Part shown: positions 30,591 to 45,649 of the stretch, piece by piece
Layout: every line of letters starts with the position of its first letter
Numbering within the stretch: position 1 is the first letter of the stretch
Origin: the human T2T-CHM13v2.0 reference genome, Homo sapiens
Assembly: GCF_009914755.1 (NCBI RefSeq)
Contig: NC_060928.1
DNA: 64,000 nt
Strand: one strand, 5' to 3'
Program-made: the position numbers and the translations under genes
Notes under the pieces: generated by a model
Seen by the model: only the letters and a program-made list of their open reading frames with translations
Told to the model about the DNA's origin: nothing
The model's database searches: none

Positions 30591-31639
30591 TGATCCGCTT
30601 GCCTCGGCCTCCCAAAGTGCTGGCATTACTGGCGTGAGCCACCACGCCCAGCCAATCATGAATGTTTGACATGTAGATTGTGTAAAATCTTTGAGGTTAA
30701 AAAAAATTCATGCTACAGGAACCATGTAATCCAGTAAATGGGAAATAACTCATTCCTCTATAATGTTATCCCTCCTTTCTGTCCTTATGCAGTGAACGTA
30801 AATAATGTTCAGTGCAAAATGTAGCCCATAGTAATAGATGAAAAAGGATGGACTTTAGCTTATTAGGTTAATAAGTTACTTCTTACTACTTTAAGTACTT
30901 TAGCTTATTAGGTTAATAAGTTTCATCACCCTTTCCCACCTAATTGTCATGGCCAAATTGAACTTCCAGTCCTTTCTTCTTCTCCATCTGAAATTGTCCA
31001 TAGAGTTTCCTTCTATGATTTTGCTTTTAAGACATGGAAACAAAAGGGAAAAAATGAAATCCATCACGTGATTCTCTGTATGTGCAAGCAAAACCAGAAG
31101 GATTCTCCTTTACCAAACTCAGGAAGTTTATACAGGGCACATTTGTGGAAAGAACACGGAAAACACAATGCTTACTAATGATATTTCTCCTCCTGGATCA
31201 GACAAGAAGATCAGATTTTTTATACCAGTTTTGATCAGTTTAATGCCTTATAAAAGGCAAAAAATATAATATATTATATATAATGCCTTATATAATGCCT
31301 TATATATAAAAGGACCTTATATAAAAGGACCTGTTTCCAACTCTTTACACGTTACCCTTCTGAAACAGAAGAATAGCAATTTATGTGTTCAACCTAACGT
31401 ACTTAACATCTGCTATATGGAAGGCACAGAGGTAGGTCCCATGGGGAATACAGGGCTGCATAAGACAAGATTCTTGCTCTCAAAGAGCATTCATTTCAGT
31501 ATGAAGATGATGTAGATTTATCAACAACCTATTGCTTTAAGTTAAGATCATGGAGGAAATCTGTCAGTGCCCATCATTTCCTCACCACCTTATCCTCTCT
31601 TCTACACAAAGCCCAAATCCTGACACCTAATAGACTATC

Positions 31640-33117
31640 TATAGGACCATATGCTGTGCAGTTGCACTCTCAGAAGGGGCACATGCTTGGTTTAATCCTC
31701 TGCTGTTGCTGTCTTGGAATTCTTAGTGATTTTATCTTCGAATTTGTGTTTGGTAAGTGAAGCCAGTGAGACAATGAAGCATGCACATGAGCAGTGGAAA
31801 CACCCCAGCGGGGAACGCATGCATGTGTGCATGATTCAGGGCAGTCCAGAGTGCAGCTGAGCCAGTACCTGGGCCCAGTTGCAGTGGTGATGGTGGCGGG
31901 CAGCAGGAGTAACAGTCAGGACAGCAATGGCTGCGGCTCCAAAGACAGGAAAGGGCTCTGCATATGGACATTGCCAGGACCACCAGTGGGAGACCAGCTC
32001 GCCTGTCCCTTGCCAGAGCTTAGCCCCGCATCATCTGCACAAATAGTAACTCTCCATCCTGAGTACTGGGACAGGAACTCATTCTGCTAACTTCTCAGTA
32101 AATTAGTACAACATGTATACAATAAAAGTGTATACATGAATATTGTCATAGCATAGCAGGGGGTTATTAGAATTCTTAAAGGATCTAAAATGTCTAGTTT
32201 TGAAAACTACTACAACATGGCAAAGCAAATAACCTCAGGCTTAGAAACAGAAATTAAGTTTAAAGATTGTCACATTCTACAGAAAAGAATGCTATTTTCC
32301 TAGGAAGTACAAACCAATTGTTTGGCAGAAAGATAATTAAACATGTTTTTTTTCTTATAATTGAAGAGTCAGTGACAGAATACATAAACAGGCCTTATGA
32401 ATTATATACAAATTATGAAGCCACTTTCAGTTTCTTGTAAGACCTCCACAAGTTTCAGGAAATATTTCCTTATGTCTGCAGAAACATTAAAATATCATTG
32501 TGTAAATTTATACTTAAAATTAAATTCAGACTTTTACAGAAAACTGAGTTGTCTAAGGAGTTAAGTCCCTTTAGAAAAATTATTCCACAAGAACCAACAA
32601 CTCTAGAAGTATTAAAATTTATATTTCAAAATAATTTATCAGAAATTTACCTTAGTGTTGTCACAGTTTATGAAACACTCTTAACAGCTGCATCAGCAGA
32701 AAGATCCTTTACGAAATGAAAAATTATCAAAATTTATTTGTGACTTTATATTTCCCAAGACTGGCTGGTGTTGCTTTCAGTCTTATCTATTGGTAAAGAA
32801 ATTGTATGACATAAATTTCATATCTATTGAAAATGAAAGTGAAATGAAAAGAATAAATTTTGATGAATTTGCAGAAAAGTGAGCCAGAAAAATATAATAG
32901 GACATCACATTAATGAATGATTATTGTTTACTGTATTATATAAAATTATGACATCACAATTATTAGTTTAGCAATGTTTAAGTTCATGTAGTTACTCCAG
33001 TATCACTATTATCCCATTACATTAGTATCTTTAACTGTACTTTTTTCCTGTTTTTTACAGAGGAGGTCCCATATTTTCGTTTGGCACCAGGCTCAGCGAA
33101 TTACATAGCCAGCAATG
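31640..33117 (+). mobile_element. hAT-Tip100 (Zaphod-like) DNA transposon fossil with transposase remnant
   Basis: The 32498-32719 ORF ends LLTAASAERSFTK, the hAT C-terminal dimerisation motif. Terminal sequence ...TTTGGCACCAGGCTCAGCGAATTACATAGCCAGCAATG. Confidence 0.7.
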
Positions 33118-33363
33118 ACCACAAGTAAGAGTGTTACAGATTTTTGTTATAAGCCATCATAGTAGACAATGCTTGCCTATGAATGCTTAAGGAGAGTAGA
33201 AAAAGAGCAAGAAATGCAAGAAAATGCATGTTCTTAATGTGTGCCATATAAAATCTATCAGGTAATAGGCATTTAATCTATGTTAAGAGTAAAGAAATAT
33301 AGCCAGGCGCAGTGGCTCACACCTGTAATCCCAGCACTTTGGGAGGCCAAGGCAGGAGGATCA

Positions 33364-33645
<282 letters not shown>

Positions 33646-33672
33646 TCATAAGGAAAAATCTGTTTGCATTTA

Positions 33673-34119
<447 letters not shown>

Positions 34120-35917
34120 TCAAATTCAGGTATCTTATAAATAGCAAGCCTGTTAGATTGTCCTTCTATGAGCATTCTTTGTTTTCAAATATGGAGAACT
34201 ATTTTTCTAAAGATCAGAGAAATGGCCACCACAATATGGGCCCACCTCATCTATTTTTGGTTTCTTCAAAAATGATGACTCCAATGAACTTTGCAGTAAA
34301 AACAAAATGACAATAAAGATGACTTACTTGTGAAAAATAAACAGCAGGGAAAAGCACTGAAGCCAGATAAACCAAATCTGCTTCCCATAAAGTGAAAAAA
34401 GATCCACTGAATTATAATTGTTTTTATTTTCATATGATGATTGTTGCATAAAACTAATTTGTTGCTGAATTAAGAAACATAAGACACATATTTACCCTAA
34501 ATAATTTTAGTTCATCTCCTGGCTTTTAGTGAAATTATCGATTTCTAGGTGATATAATTTGTGTGCCGGCTGGGCAAAGTGGCTCACACCCGTAATCCTA
34601 ACACTTTGGGAGGTGAAGGCAGGAAGATCACTTGAACCCAGGAGTTCAACACCAGCCTGGGCAATAGGGTGAGACTGTGTCTCTACAAGGAATTTAAAAA
34701 TTAGCGGGGCATGGTGGTGCACGTGTGTAGTCTCAGCTACTCGGGAGGCTGAGGCAGGAGGATCACTTGACCCTGGGAGTGAGCTGTGATCACGCCACTG
34801 CCCTCCAGCCTGCATGAAAGTGTGTCAATGCTTTTTTTTCCTCCTTCTTTTTATTTTTATTTTTTCTTCACTCTGTCACCTAGGCTGGAGGGCAGTGGTG
34901 CAATTATACCTCGCTGCAGCCTCTATCTCCTGGGCTTAGGTGATCTTCCTGCCTCAGCCTCCCGAGTAGCAGAGACTACAGGCACATGCCACCATACTCA
35001 GCTATTTTTTTTTTAATATTTTGTGGAGATGGAATTTCACCATGTTGCCCAGGCTGATCTCAAATTCCTGAGCTCAAGCAATCTGCCCACCTCAGCCTCC
35101 CAAAGTGCCGGGATTGCAGGCATGAGCCACTGTGCCTGGCCCAATGCTTTTAATGGGCCCATTTTAGCCACATTTCTAGTACTTATATTATTCAAATAGA
35201 CTCAGAAAAGCTGTAAGCCTGTACAGAATTACAGTGTAAGACATCATAAACAATGTTTTAAAAATTAGAAAAACCAATTGCAATACATGTAAGAAAGAAA
35301 AAATAAATATTCACAATATATAAACCGCTCTTACAAATCAGTGAAAACACAACTTTACAGCATGACAACTTTGAAAGAGGAACACCAGATAAGAACTGTC
35401 TGGGGCGAGCATAGAAGAGTCTCATTCCTCTGTCTGAGTGGTACTGGGTGAGTGGAATGGTTGGTGATTATAGGCTGACAAAGCCCTAGGCTTTTTCTTA
35501 GCCCCAGCTCCCTGCCTTCTCCCCTCACTGCCCCCTCCTGTGGGGGCACTACCTAGCAACTGAGGTTTGGGTTTTACAGTGAAAATAATTTTATGAGTCA
35601 GAAAGGAGTGAGAAAAGTGTGTTATCAGATAGCATTCCACAGTGGTAAAAGCAAAACAAACAAAAAACAGGACTATTTCTCTACATACTGTCTGGGACTT
35701 TGGGACCTTCACTGCAGACCTCTTGTGGCAGTGTATGTGTGATTCCAGTCGTATGGTGGGTATGTGGTTAGGGTATTATTACATCGTAGGTCTATAAAGG
35801 GCCAAGCCCCTTGCTCCGACATGCAAAGAAAGGATTGCAAACTGGCAGGCTGCAGGTCATACCGTGCTCATAGACAGCTACTGTTTTGTATGCACAGTTT
35901 TTAAAATTGTGAATTAG

Positions 35918-36725
35918 TGTAATGGTTAATTATATGTGTCAACTTGGTTAGGCTACGGGGCTCAGTTTTTTGTTACAACACTAATAACAATGTGGCTGTG
36001 AAGATATTTTGCAGATATAGTTAATATCTACAACCAGTTGACTTTAAGTAAAGGAGTCTACTTTCAATAATGTGGGTAGGCCTCATCTAATTAGTTAAAA
36101 GCCTTAAGAGCAAAATCGGAGATTTCCTGGAGAAGGACTTCTGCCCCAGGATTGTAACATAAAAATCTGGCTTGAGTTTCCAGCCTGCTGGTGTTTTCTA
36201 AGATTTCAGACTTGTTGTATGCCTCCTACTGGTTCTGTTTCTCTGGAGAACCCTGACTGATATAGTTACTATGACACAGACTATTAATTGCTGACCCCAA
36301 GAGCCTTTCTCCCTTTATTCCCTATAGTAAGTGCCTCTGAAATAGAGACTACATTTCCCAGCTTCCCTTGCAATTAGCTGTCACCATGCAGCTAAGTTCT
36401 AGCCAATAAGATGTAAGCAGATGTGGTTTGTGGCAGCTCCCTTGAAACATACCTGATGCATACCCTGTGTCTCCTTGTTTTTCCAGCCAGTCCTCCATCC
36501 TTCTGCTGGGAACTTGGATGCTAGAGCTCTTGCAGTCACACTGGGCCATGAAGATAAAGGTCACCCCCTAGGAATGATAGAGCAGAAAGCTGGAAGGAAC
36601 CTGGGTCCCTGATCTCTGTGGAGCCACTGAACTGCCTCTAATGAAGGAAAACATTTCTCTCATTTATGCTGCATGTTCTTTTCGATTTTATGTTATATTT
36701 AGTGGAGTATAATCCTAATTTGATA
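35918..36725 (+). mobile_element. MLT2-type ERVL LTR (35918-36264) followed by an MLT1-type LTR (about 36272-36725)
   Basis: TGTAATGGTTAATTATATGTGTCAACTTG...TTCTGTTTCTCTGGAGAACCCTGACTGATATA, then GACTACATTTCCCAGCTTCCCTTGCA...AATCCTAATTTGATACA. Confidence 0.7.
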
Positions 36726-37035
36726 CAATTGCCAACTTTTAAAAATCAGGAAATTTCACACAAATATTCAGCTCTCTGGCTTTTCTCTTGAAAATTTGGT
36801 ACATCTGACAAAACATGAAGTCATGCTTCCCATTGCAGCAACTGACCTGGGCAGGATAATGGATGCCTGCTTCAGACAGGGATGGAGACCTCACCAATTT
36901 TTTTTCCTTCATTTTAATTGGGAAGTGGGGCAAGATGGAAAAATTGTGGATGCCAACTTTGTAACTTTGTCTTTCTCCCTGCATCATTTTTAGCAAGAAC
37001 ATTTCGACACTGGTGTAGTCCACAAGGGAAGATAC

Positions 37036-37621
37036 TGAGAGAGGAGAAAGGAAGAAACCTTTCAGGCATCAGTTAGGGTGGGTCCTTGGTTAAATTCTTT
37101 CAAACAAAAGAACAGCCTGAAAAATCAAGCTGCAGGCACAGATAAGGGGATCTGCACAGGTGGCCTTGACTAAGACATTCCCACAGCCACACAGATATGA
37201 AAGCCTACCCAGATGACTTGCCCAGATACTTCTGCAGTGGAAAATTCCATCCCCTGACACATGCGCAGTAAGGGGAAAAAAGCAATATGGAATAAAACTT
37301 AAGCTAAGGGCCCACATGCACACTAGAAGGATGAGGTGGAGCTACCAGAAATTCATGCCTTATGCAAATGAGATGCCCAGCCCTCACCGGTTCTTATAAA
37401 AGCCTTTGCAGTCACCTGTAAAAGCAGCAACCCTCCTCCAGGTCCCCTCTCCACTGTGGAGAGCTTTCTTCTTTTGCTTATTAAACTTTCGCTGCAACTT
37501 CATCCTTTGCATCCACGCTCCTTAATTTTCTTGGTCATGAGACGAAGAACTCCAGGTGATACCTCACCTGCTACATTATGGAGAGACTGCTACATTATGG
37601 TGCACTGGTGAAAATATAACA
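37036..37621 (+). mobile_element. ERV1-class solo LTR (MER83/MER84-like)
   Basis: Starts TGAGAGAGGAGAAAGGAAGAAAC. Contains octamer ATGCAAAT, TATAAAA at about 37395 and ATTAAA at about 37480; ends ...TAACA. Confidence 0.65.
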
Positions 37622-38564
37622 TTTCTGATGGTGGTGGAAGCAGAGGCCATCCTTTGCTGTTTCATGCCCAATTCTGTAGGCCTGCCTCAGAGAGAAGGGG
37701 AGCACAGGTCTCAGCATCCACAGACTTTTCATGGCGGTGAAGCTCTACTATCAACACTTGGAAAGAGGGAATCAGAGGGTCTTCTACTCCATGGCTGCAA
37801 CTTTTTCTCATTTTAAAGATCCTCCTCTAGTCTAATGGATTTATATTTCTCTGGCTGACGTAATTTTGACCCTACTTCTTGGTAATACCCGAGCCTTAAT
37901 TTGATGAAAGAGTATCACTCCCACCTAATTTCCAACCACCTCTCTGCCCTGAGTAGCTTCATCAAAATTCACACCTTGCTTGACAATGGAGAGAAGATTT
38001 CGCCTAACCTGGGGGAGGATGGAGGGGATGGAGGGTATAGCCTCAGTTGCTGTCAGACCTAAACCAGACTTGGCAATAATTGGGGGAGGTGGAGTGCCCT
38101 GGGTTGAAGGAGTCTTGGTGAGTTAAACACCCATTATTGTCTTTGGCTGTAAATGAACTCAAGGTCACTAGGAAGTGAGTGGAAAGTCAGATGAACTCTG
38201 TCTCTCAGAGGCAGGCCAAGGGCAAAGAAGGCACAGAAGCCACTTCAAAACTTTCAGGCCTTTTGGGAGGAAAGGGTGGGTATGGAATGAGGCTGACTTT
38301 CAAAGATGAAGCTGTGACAGATCAGAAATCTGTATTTTTGAGCCAGACTATGTCTGTGTCTAGGTTTGCCTTTGTCTTTTTGTTGTCAGAATTTCATTAA
38401 ACTAATTATTCATTCATGTATGAGTGTCTTCTACAGCCAGGAACTCTTTAGACAAGATTCTGGCCCTGATGACACTTACGTTTTAGTTGCCAATACAGAT
38501 AATAAATATAAGAAGTAAACAAAGGCCGGGCATGCTGGCTCACACCTGTAATCCCAGCACTTTA

Positions 38565-39230
<666 letters not shown>

Positions 39231-39307
39231 TTAGATAATCAAGATGGCCAGGTGTGGTGGCTCACACCTTTATCCCAGCACTTCAGGAGGCCAAGATGGG
39301 CAGATCA

Positions 39308-39582
<275 letters not shown>

Positions 39583-39824
39583 TCAAAAATCCCCAAACTT
39601 AAAAAGAACCAACAATGAGACAGAGTGACAAGGGTGAATGGAAGAGTCTATTTTAGATGGGTGGTCTGGGAAGGCTGCTCTTGAGGAAGTGAACTTTAAC
39701 CTAAATGACCAGAATAAGACCTAAAAAAAAAAAAAAAAAAAAAAAAGAGTGTTCTCAGAAGAGAAAACCAGAAGTATGAAGAGTCTGAGGTGGAAATAAG
39801 CTCTTGGTTGGGCATGGCACATGA

Positions 39825-40382
<558 letters not shown>

Positions 40383-41746
40383 TGACACCTGGTTTGTACA
40401 AGGTGGTAACAGTGGAGATAGAGGTGAACAGATTCAGATAGATTTTAAAATTAGAGACAAAATTTGCTGGTGGATTGGATGTGGGGTATGGGGAATCTAA
40501 TGGAGTAATCTAATATGGTGGATGTTGGTTCCATTTACTAAGATGGAAAGCCTGAAGGAGGAACAGGTTTTTGGAGGGACATCAAAAGACCTGTTTTGCC
40601 CTTGCTCTGTTGGAAATGCCTGTGAAACATCCAGAAGGTGATGCAAGGAAAGAGTTGGATAAATGAACCTGGAGCATGTATTTAGCATTCTTTTTGGAAT
40701 TTTCAGCCTGCTTGTGGAAACCTAGGAAAGCCCAAGAATGTAGGGAAACAGCTGCCCTCCCTTTCCCCTGCACCAGCAGAGTTCGCATACAAGGGTCCAG
40801 ATCCCCATCATTTAAAGGGGTTTAGCAAGCTGATGGGTAGCAGTGTGCTTCGTTTCATGAGCTTTAAAGAGTTGAGAAGGTCAAGCAAGTTGCATATTGC
40901 TATTCGTCATTCACTTACATTTGCTGAGTGCTTTAATTTTTTTTTTTTTTTTTGAGACAGAGTCTTGCTCTGTTGCCCAGGCTGGAGTGCAGTGGTGTGA
41001 TCTCAGTTCACTGCAACCTCCACCTCCCGGGTTCAAGCCATCTCCTGCCTCAGCCTCCCAAGTAGCAGGGACCACAGGCACACGGCACCACACCCAGCTA
41101 ATTTTTGTATGTTCAGTAGAGATAGGGTTTCACCACATTGGTCAGGCTGGTCTCAAACTGCTGACCTCAGGTGATCCAGCTGCCTCGGCCTCCCAAAGTG
41201 CTGGGATTACAGGTGTGAGCCACCGTGCCCAGCCTGAGTGCTTTAAATTTGAATGATCTTCAGTTGACTCTTAGCGTGAAGTTTCTGGTTTTTGCTTCTC
41301 CTCTTTCCTCATATCTCCCTGCCCTGGCTTCTTTAACCAACCTTTGCTCTGTGGACTATTTAAGGAAAAAACTTTAATCGGCCCTTTGCTGATTATGGGG
41401 AAGGAGGGTTCTCCAGCAGAGCTCAGGAAATAGCTCACTTCTCCCTATTTCTGAAACATTGAGGATGAAAACAGAGAGTGACACAGACAGGAGGCCGGGT
41501 TGGAAGGAATAGTTTTAGGTCTGGTGGCCAGGTGGACTGGGCTAATACTGAACTCCAGAATCAAGAGCTGTTGAGTTGCAGGCTGCACTGGGCTAGGGGC
41601 AAGCCCTGGAGAGAACAGCAGATAATGTTTTTCCCTTAGGGGTCTGTCTCCCCAGAGGAAGAAGGCAATGAAGCTGAGCCCAATATGCTCAGTTACCCTG
41701 CTCAGATGGACTCTACATTATCAGAGGGGAATGACGAAGGCACTGA

Positions 41747-41983
<237 letters not shown>

Positions 41984-41996
41984 TAGGCTGGTCTCA

Positions 41997-42098
<102 letters not shown>

Positions 42099-42547
42099 CT
42101 AGAGTGGAGAAACAGCATTCTCTAACAGTTAATGAAAATGTTCACCATTAATTAATTGGCTGGTCTTATATATTTAAATTTTCATAAAGTAGATTTTCAG
42201 TAAGTGGAGCATAGGTGAATTCAACAAACAGGTATGAGGCATAATTCTGCTACTTACTAGCTGTGTAATTTGAGGAAAGTTCCTTGACCTAAGTCTCAGA
42301 TTTCTCATTTGCAAAAAGGAGGATAGAAATAATTCATGTAACACACTTAGTGCTCTGACTGGATCAGAATAGCATTCAATAAAGTTTTACTACTACTTTA
42401 ATGATAACTATTCCCATTACCTTCTTATATAATCTACTAGGTGCTAGAAATATAAAGATAAAAGGCATAACCTTACCATCTAGAAGCTTAAGGCTTAGTA
42501 AGGGTGTTGGAATAAAAGACATTAAAATACAGTGCAGGCCCGGCTCA

Positions 42548-42848
<301 letters not shown>

Positions 42849-42918
42849 TCAGGCACAGTGGCTCATGCCTATAATCCCAGCACTTTTGGGAGGCCAAGGC
42901 GGACGGATCACGAGGTCA

Positions 42919-43146
<228 letters not shown>

Positions 43147-44124
43147 TTAAATAAAATACAATGTAATGCACATGTAGTAGGGTTTCTTTCCATAGGATGC
43201 CTGACAGTGGTTACATTTTAGTAAGACTATATCGGTGTAGGCTATGATTAAAAAATATATCATCTTGGAATTGTTGCGCCACCCACATCCTTATTGGGTA
43301 GGGGGTTAAATAAGTAGCTTCAGTTGTCCTTCAAGAAAGGTATCAGGAAAGCTCCTATAGTTTTTTAATTGCTTTTTTTAAGGGAGTTAGTCACCAATGA
43401 GGACTAGAAGGATGATGGCTCTAAACCCTCAAGGTGGTGAAAACTGGAGCCAGCCTCGATTTAGCACGCCTGAGCACGGATCCCAGGAGGTAGATGTGTG
43501 TGGAAACAGAAATACCAGATCCCATGAGAATCAGACACCTAGAGCCTAGCCTGGCAGCACCTGAAGGCCCTTGGATCAGGGTGACACTGGGGCAGGCTAG
43601 AAAGGTCTCACTCTGGCCCAGATTCTGATGCTTTGCTGACACCACTGTGCCAGTTCGCCAATGCTCTATCTCCATTTATGTTACATCTTCTGCCAAATAG
43701 CTTTGCTGCCTTGCCCCTGAACCACTGCATGCTCAGCAGCTGGTGCTTCAGCATCCTGCAGCTGTAGCCCAGAAGTCCTCACTGCCTCATATGTTGAGAT
43801 GACTGAATTTGGCCAGGAGTCCTTCCTGTGAGAAAGCCCTGGAGTGTGGGCAGCCCATCCTAGAAAATAAACAAAGCAGCTTTCAGCAATGAGGGACACA
43901 CAGCCAGTTTTGCTACATTCACCCTTCTGGCTCTGTCTTCAGCCTAAGCTGCTCCTTTCAGGTCCCTCCCTTGGGACCTCAAGCCTCCCTTTCAGGCCCC
44001 TTTTAAGCACAGCAAATCCTGTATGCATTAAGGGGAGGTAGTTGAAGTTTGGGCTTCTGGGTTTTATGTTATTACTGGCTTCTGAAAGCTCAAACATTTG
44101 CACTCCAGGGATGATAGTTGCATC

Positions 44125-44512
44125 TGTTAAATTTAGTGTAAAGCTGCCTCCTTACATATTTTAAGTTAGGCCTAAAGGTTTCCCCATACATGGTGAACTG
44201 TAGCCTAATTGGGTATGTAAACAGACTGTAACCTATTCTTGTACCAATCACAGAGTTCTGGCCAATCACAAGTGGCCAACTGTTCAAACCGTGTTCAAAT
44301 AGGGCAAACCTGAGCTACAACCAATCCAGCTGTTTCTGTCCCTCAATTATGTTTTCTGTAAGTCACTTTATTTTTTCCGACCACTCGGCAAGACTGGAGC
44401 CTCTCTGAACTTACTTTGATTTGGGGTCTTTTTGATTTGCAGATCATTCTTTGGGTTCTTTGCTTGATTAAACGCTGTTAAGTTTAATTTGTCTAAGGTT
44501 TTTCTTTTAACA
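44125..44512 (+). mobile_element. MER57-type ERV1 solo LTR
   Basis: TGTTAAAT...AAAGCTGCCTCCTTACATATTTTAAG...TTTTAACA, with three CCAAT boxes and a near-TSD CATC/CACC. Confidence 0.8.
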
Positions 44513-44852
44513 CACCCCAAACTGTAAGTGGAGGCATCCTACTTACACAGTAATAGAAGAATGCATAAAGCAATAACATGAAGGAACAAGTGACAAATTC
44601 TGTAACGCCATGTGTTGGGGAAAAGTTCTGAGAGTGGAAGCTTGAATAGGTTTTGGAAGTATGAGTAGGAGTTTACAAGGAGAGAATGGAAGAAGGGGAA
44701 TTACGGACAGAATAACATGGACGGAGGCCGGCCGCGGTGGCTCACACCTGTAATCCCAGCACTTTGAGAGGACGAGGCCGGCAGATCACCTGAGGTCTGG
44801 AGTTCGAGACCAGCCTGACCAACATGGAGAAACCCCATCTCTACTAAAATTA

Positions 44853-45005
<153 letters not shown>

Positions 45006-45649
45006 TCAAAAACAAAAACAAAGAAAACAACAAAACAAAAAAACAGACGGAAATTTTATTATCCTGTGACAAACACTGTATCTTTGGTGAACTCAAAGTA
45101 GGTTTGCCCACTTTCCCACAGATTGTTTTGGTGGATTAATTTTTTGTTTCAGTTAGTGATAAACTTCCTTAGCTCTTTACTGAGTACAGGTTTACTGTAT
45201 GTAAATATGTATAATATTAGATTAGTGCCTGGCACATGGTTAGCACTATCGATTTTTATTAGGGACTAGGTCTCAAACTTATGGTAATTAAGTAGCTCAC
45301 TTTTTCTTTTGGGAAGACGTAAAAATATTCTCAAGCCTAACTCAAGACCATCCTTTCCTGTCTTCTAGTCTTGCCCACTCAAAGCTCCATCCTGCAAAAG
45401 TCTTAAACAGTCCATTTCAAAAGCCCAGCATTTTTAAAGGGTCTAAGGAATAGCACAAAACAAGATGCACCCAAAACGTCAAGGCCATACTGGACAAGGG
45501 CAACGTTAGCCATTTTTGGTCTGGGGTAATTATAGGCAGTATCTTAAAACAAGGCTTGAAAAATGTCATGTTATTTCCAAATCCCATTTCAGAACTTTAA
45601 AAAAAAAATAGCATTTTGAGCTCCTAAGAACGTTTTTGGCGGTAGGTGG

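Noticed and set aside
30852-30922. CRISPR-like repeat-spacer-repeat
   Set aside because: Only two repeats, a 19-bp spacer, eukaryotic context and no cas genes.
32498-32719. Active or domesticated transposase
   Set aside because: Only a short degraded C-terminal fragment bounded by stops.
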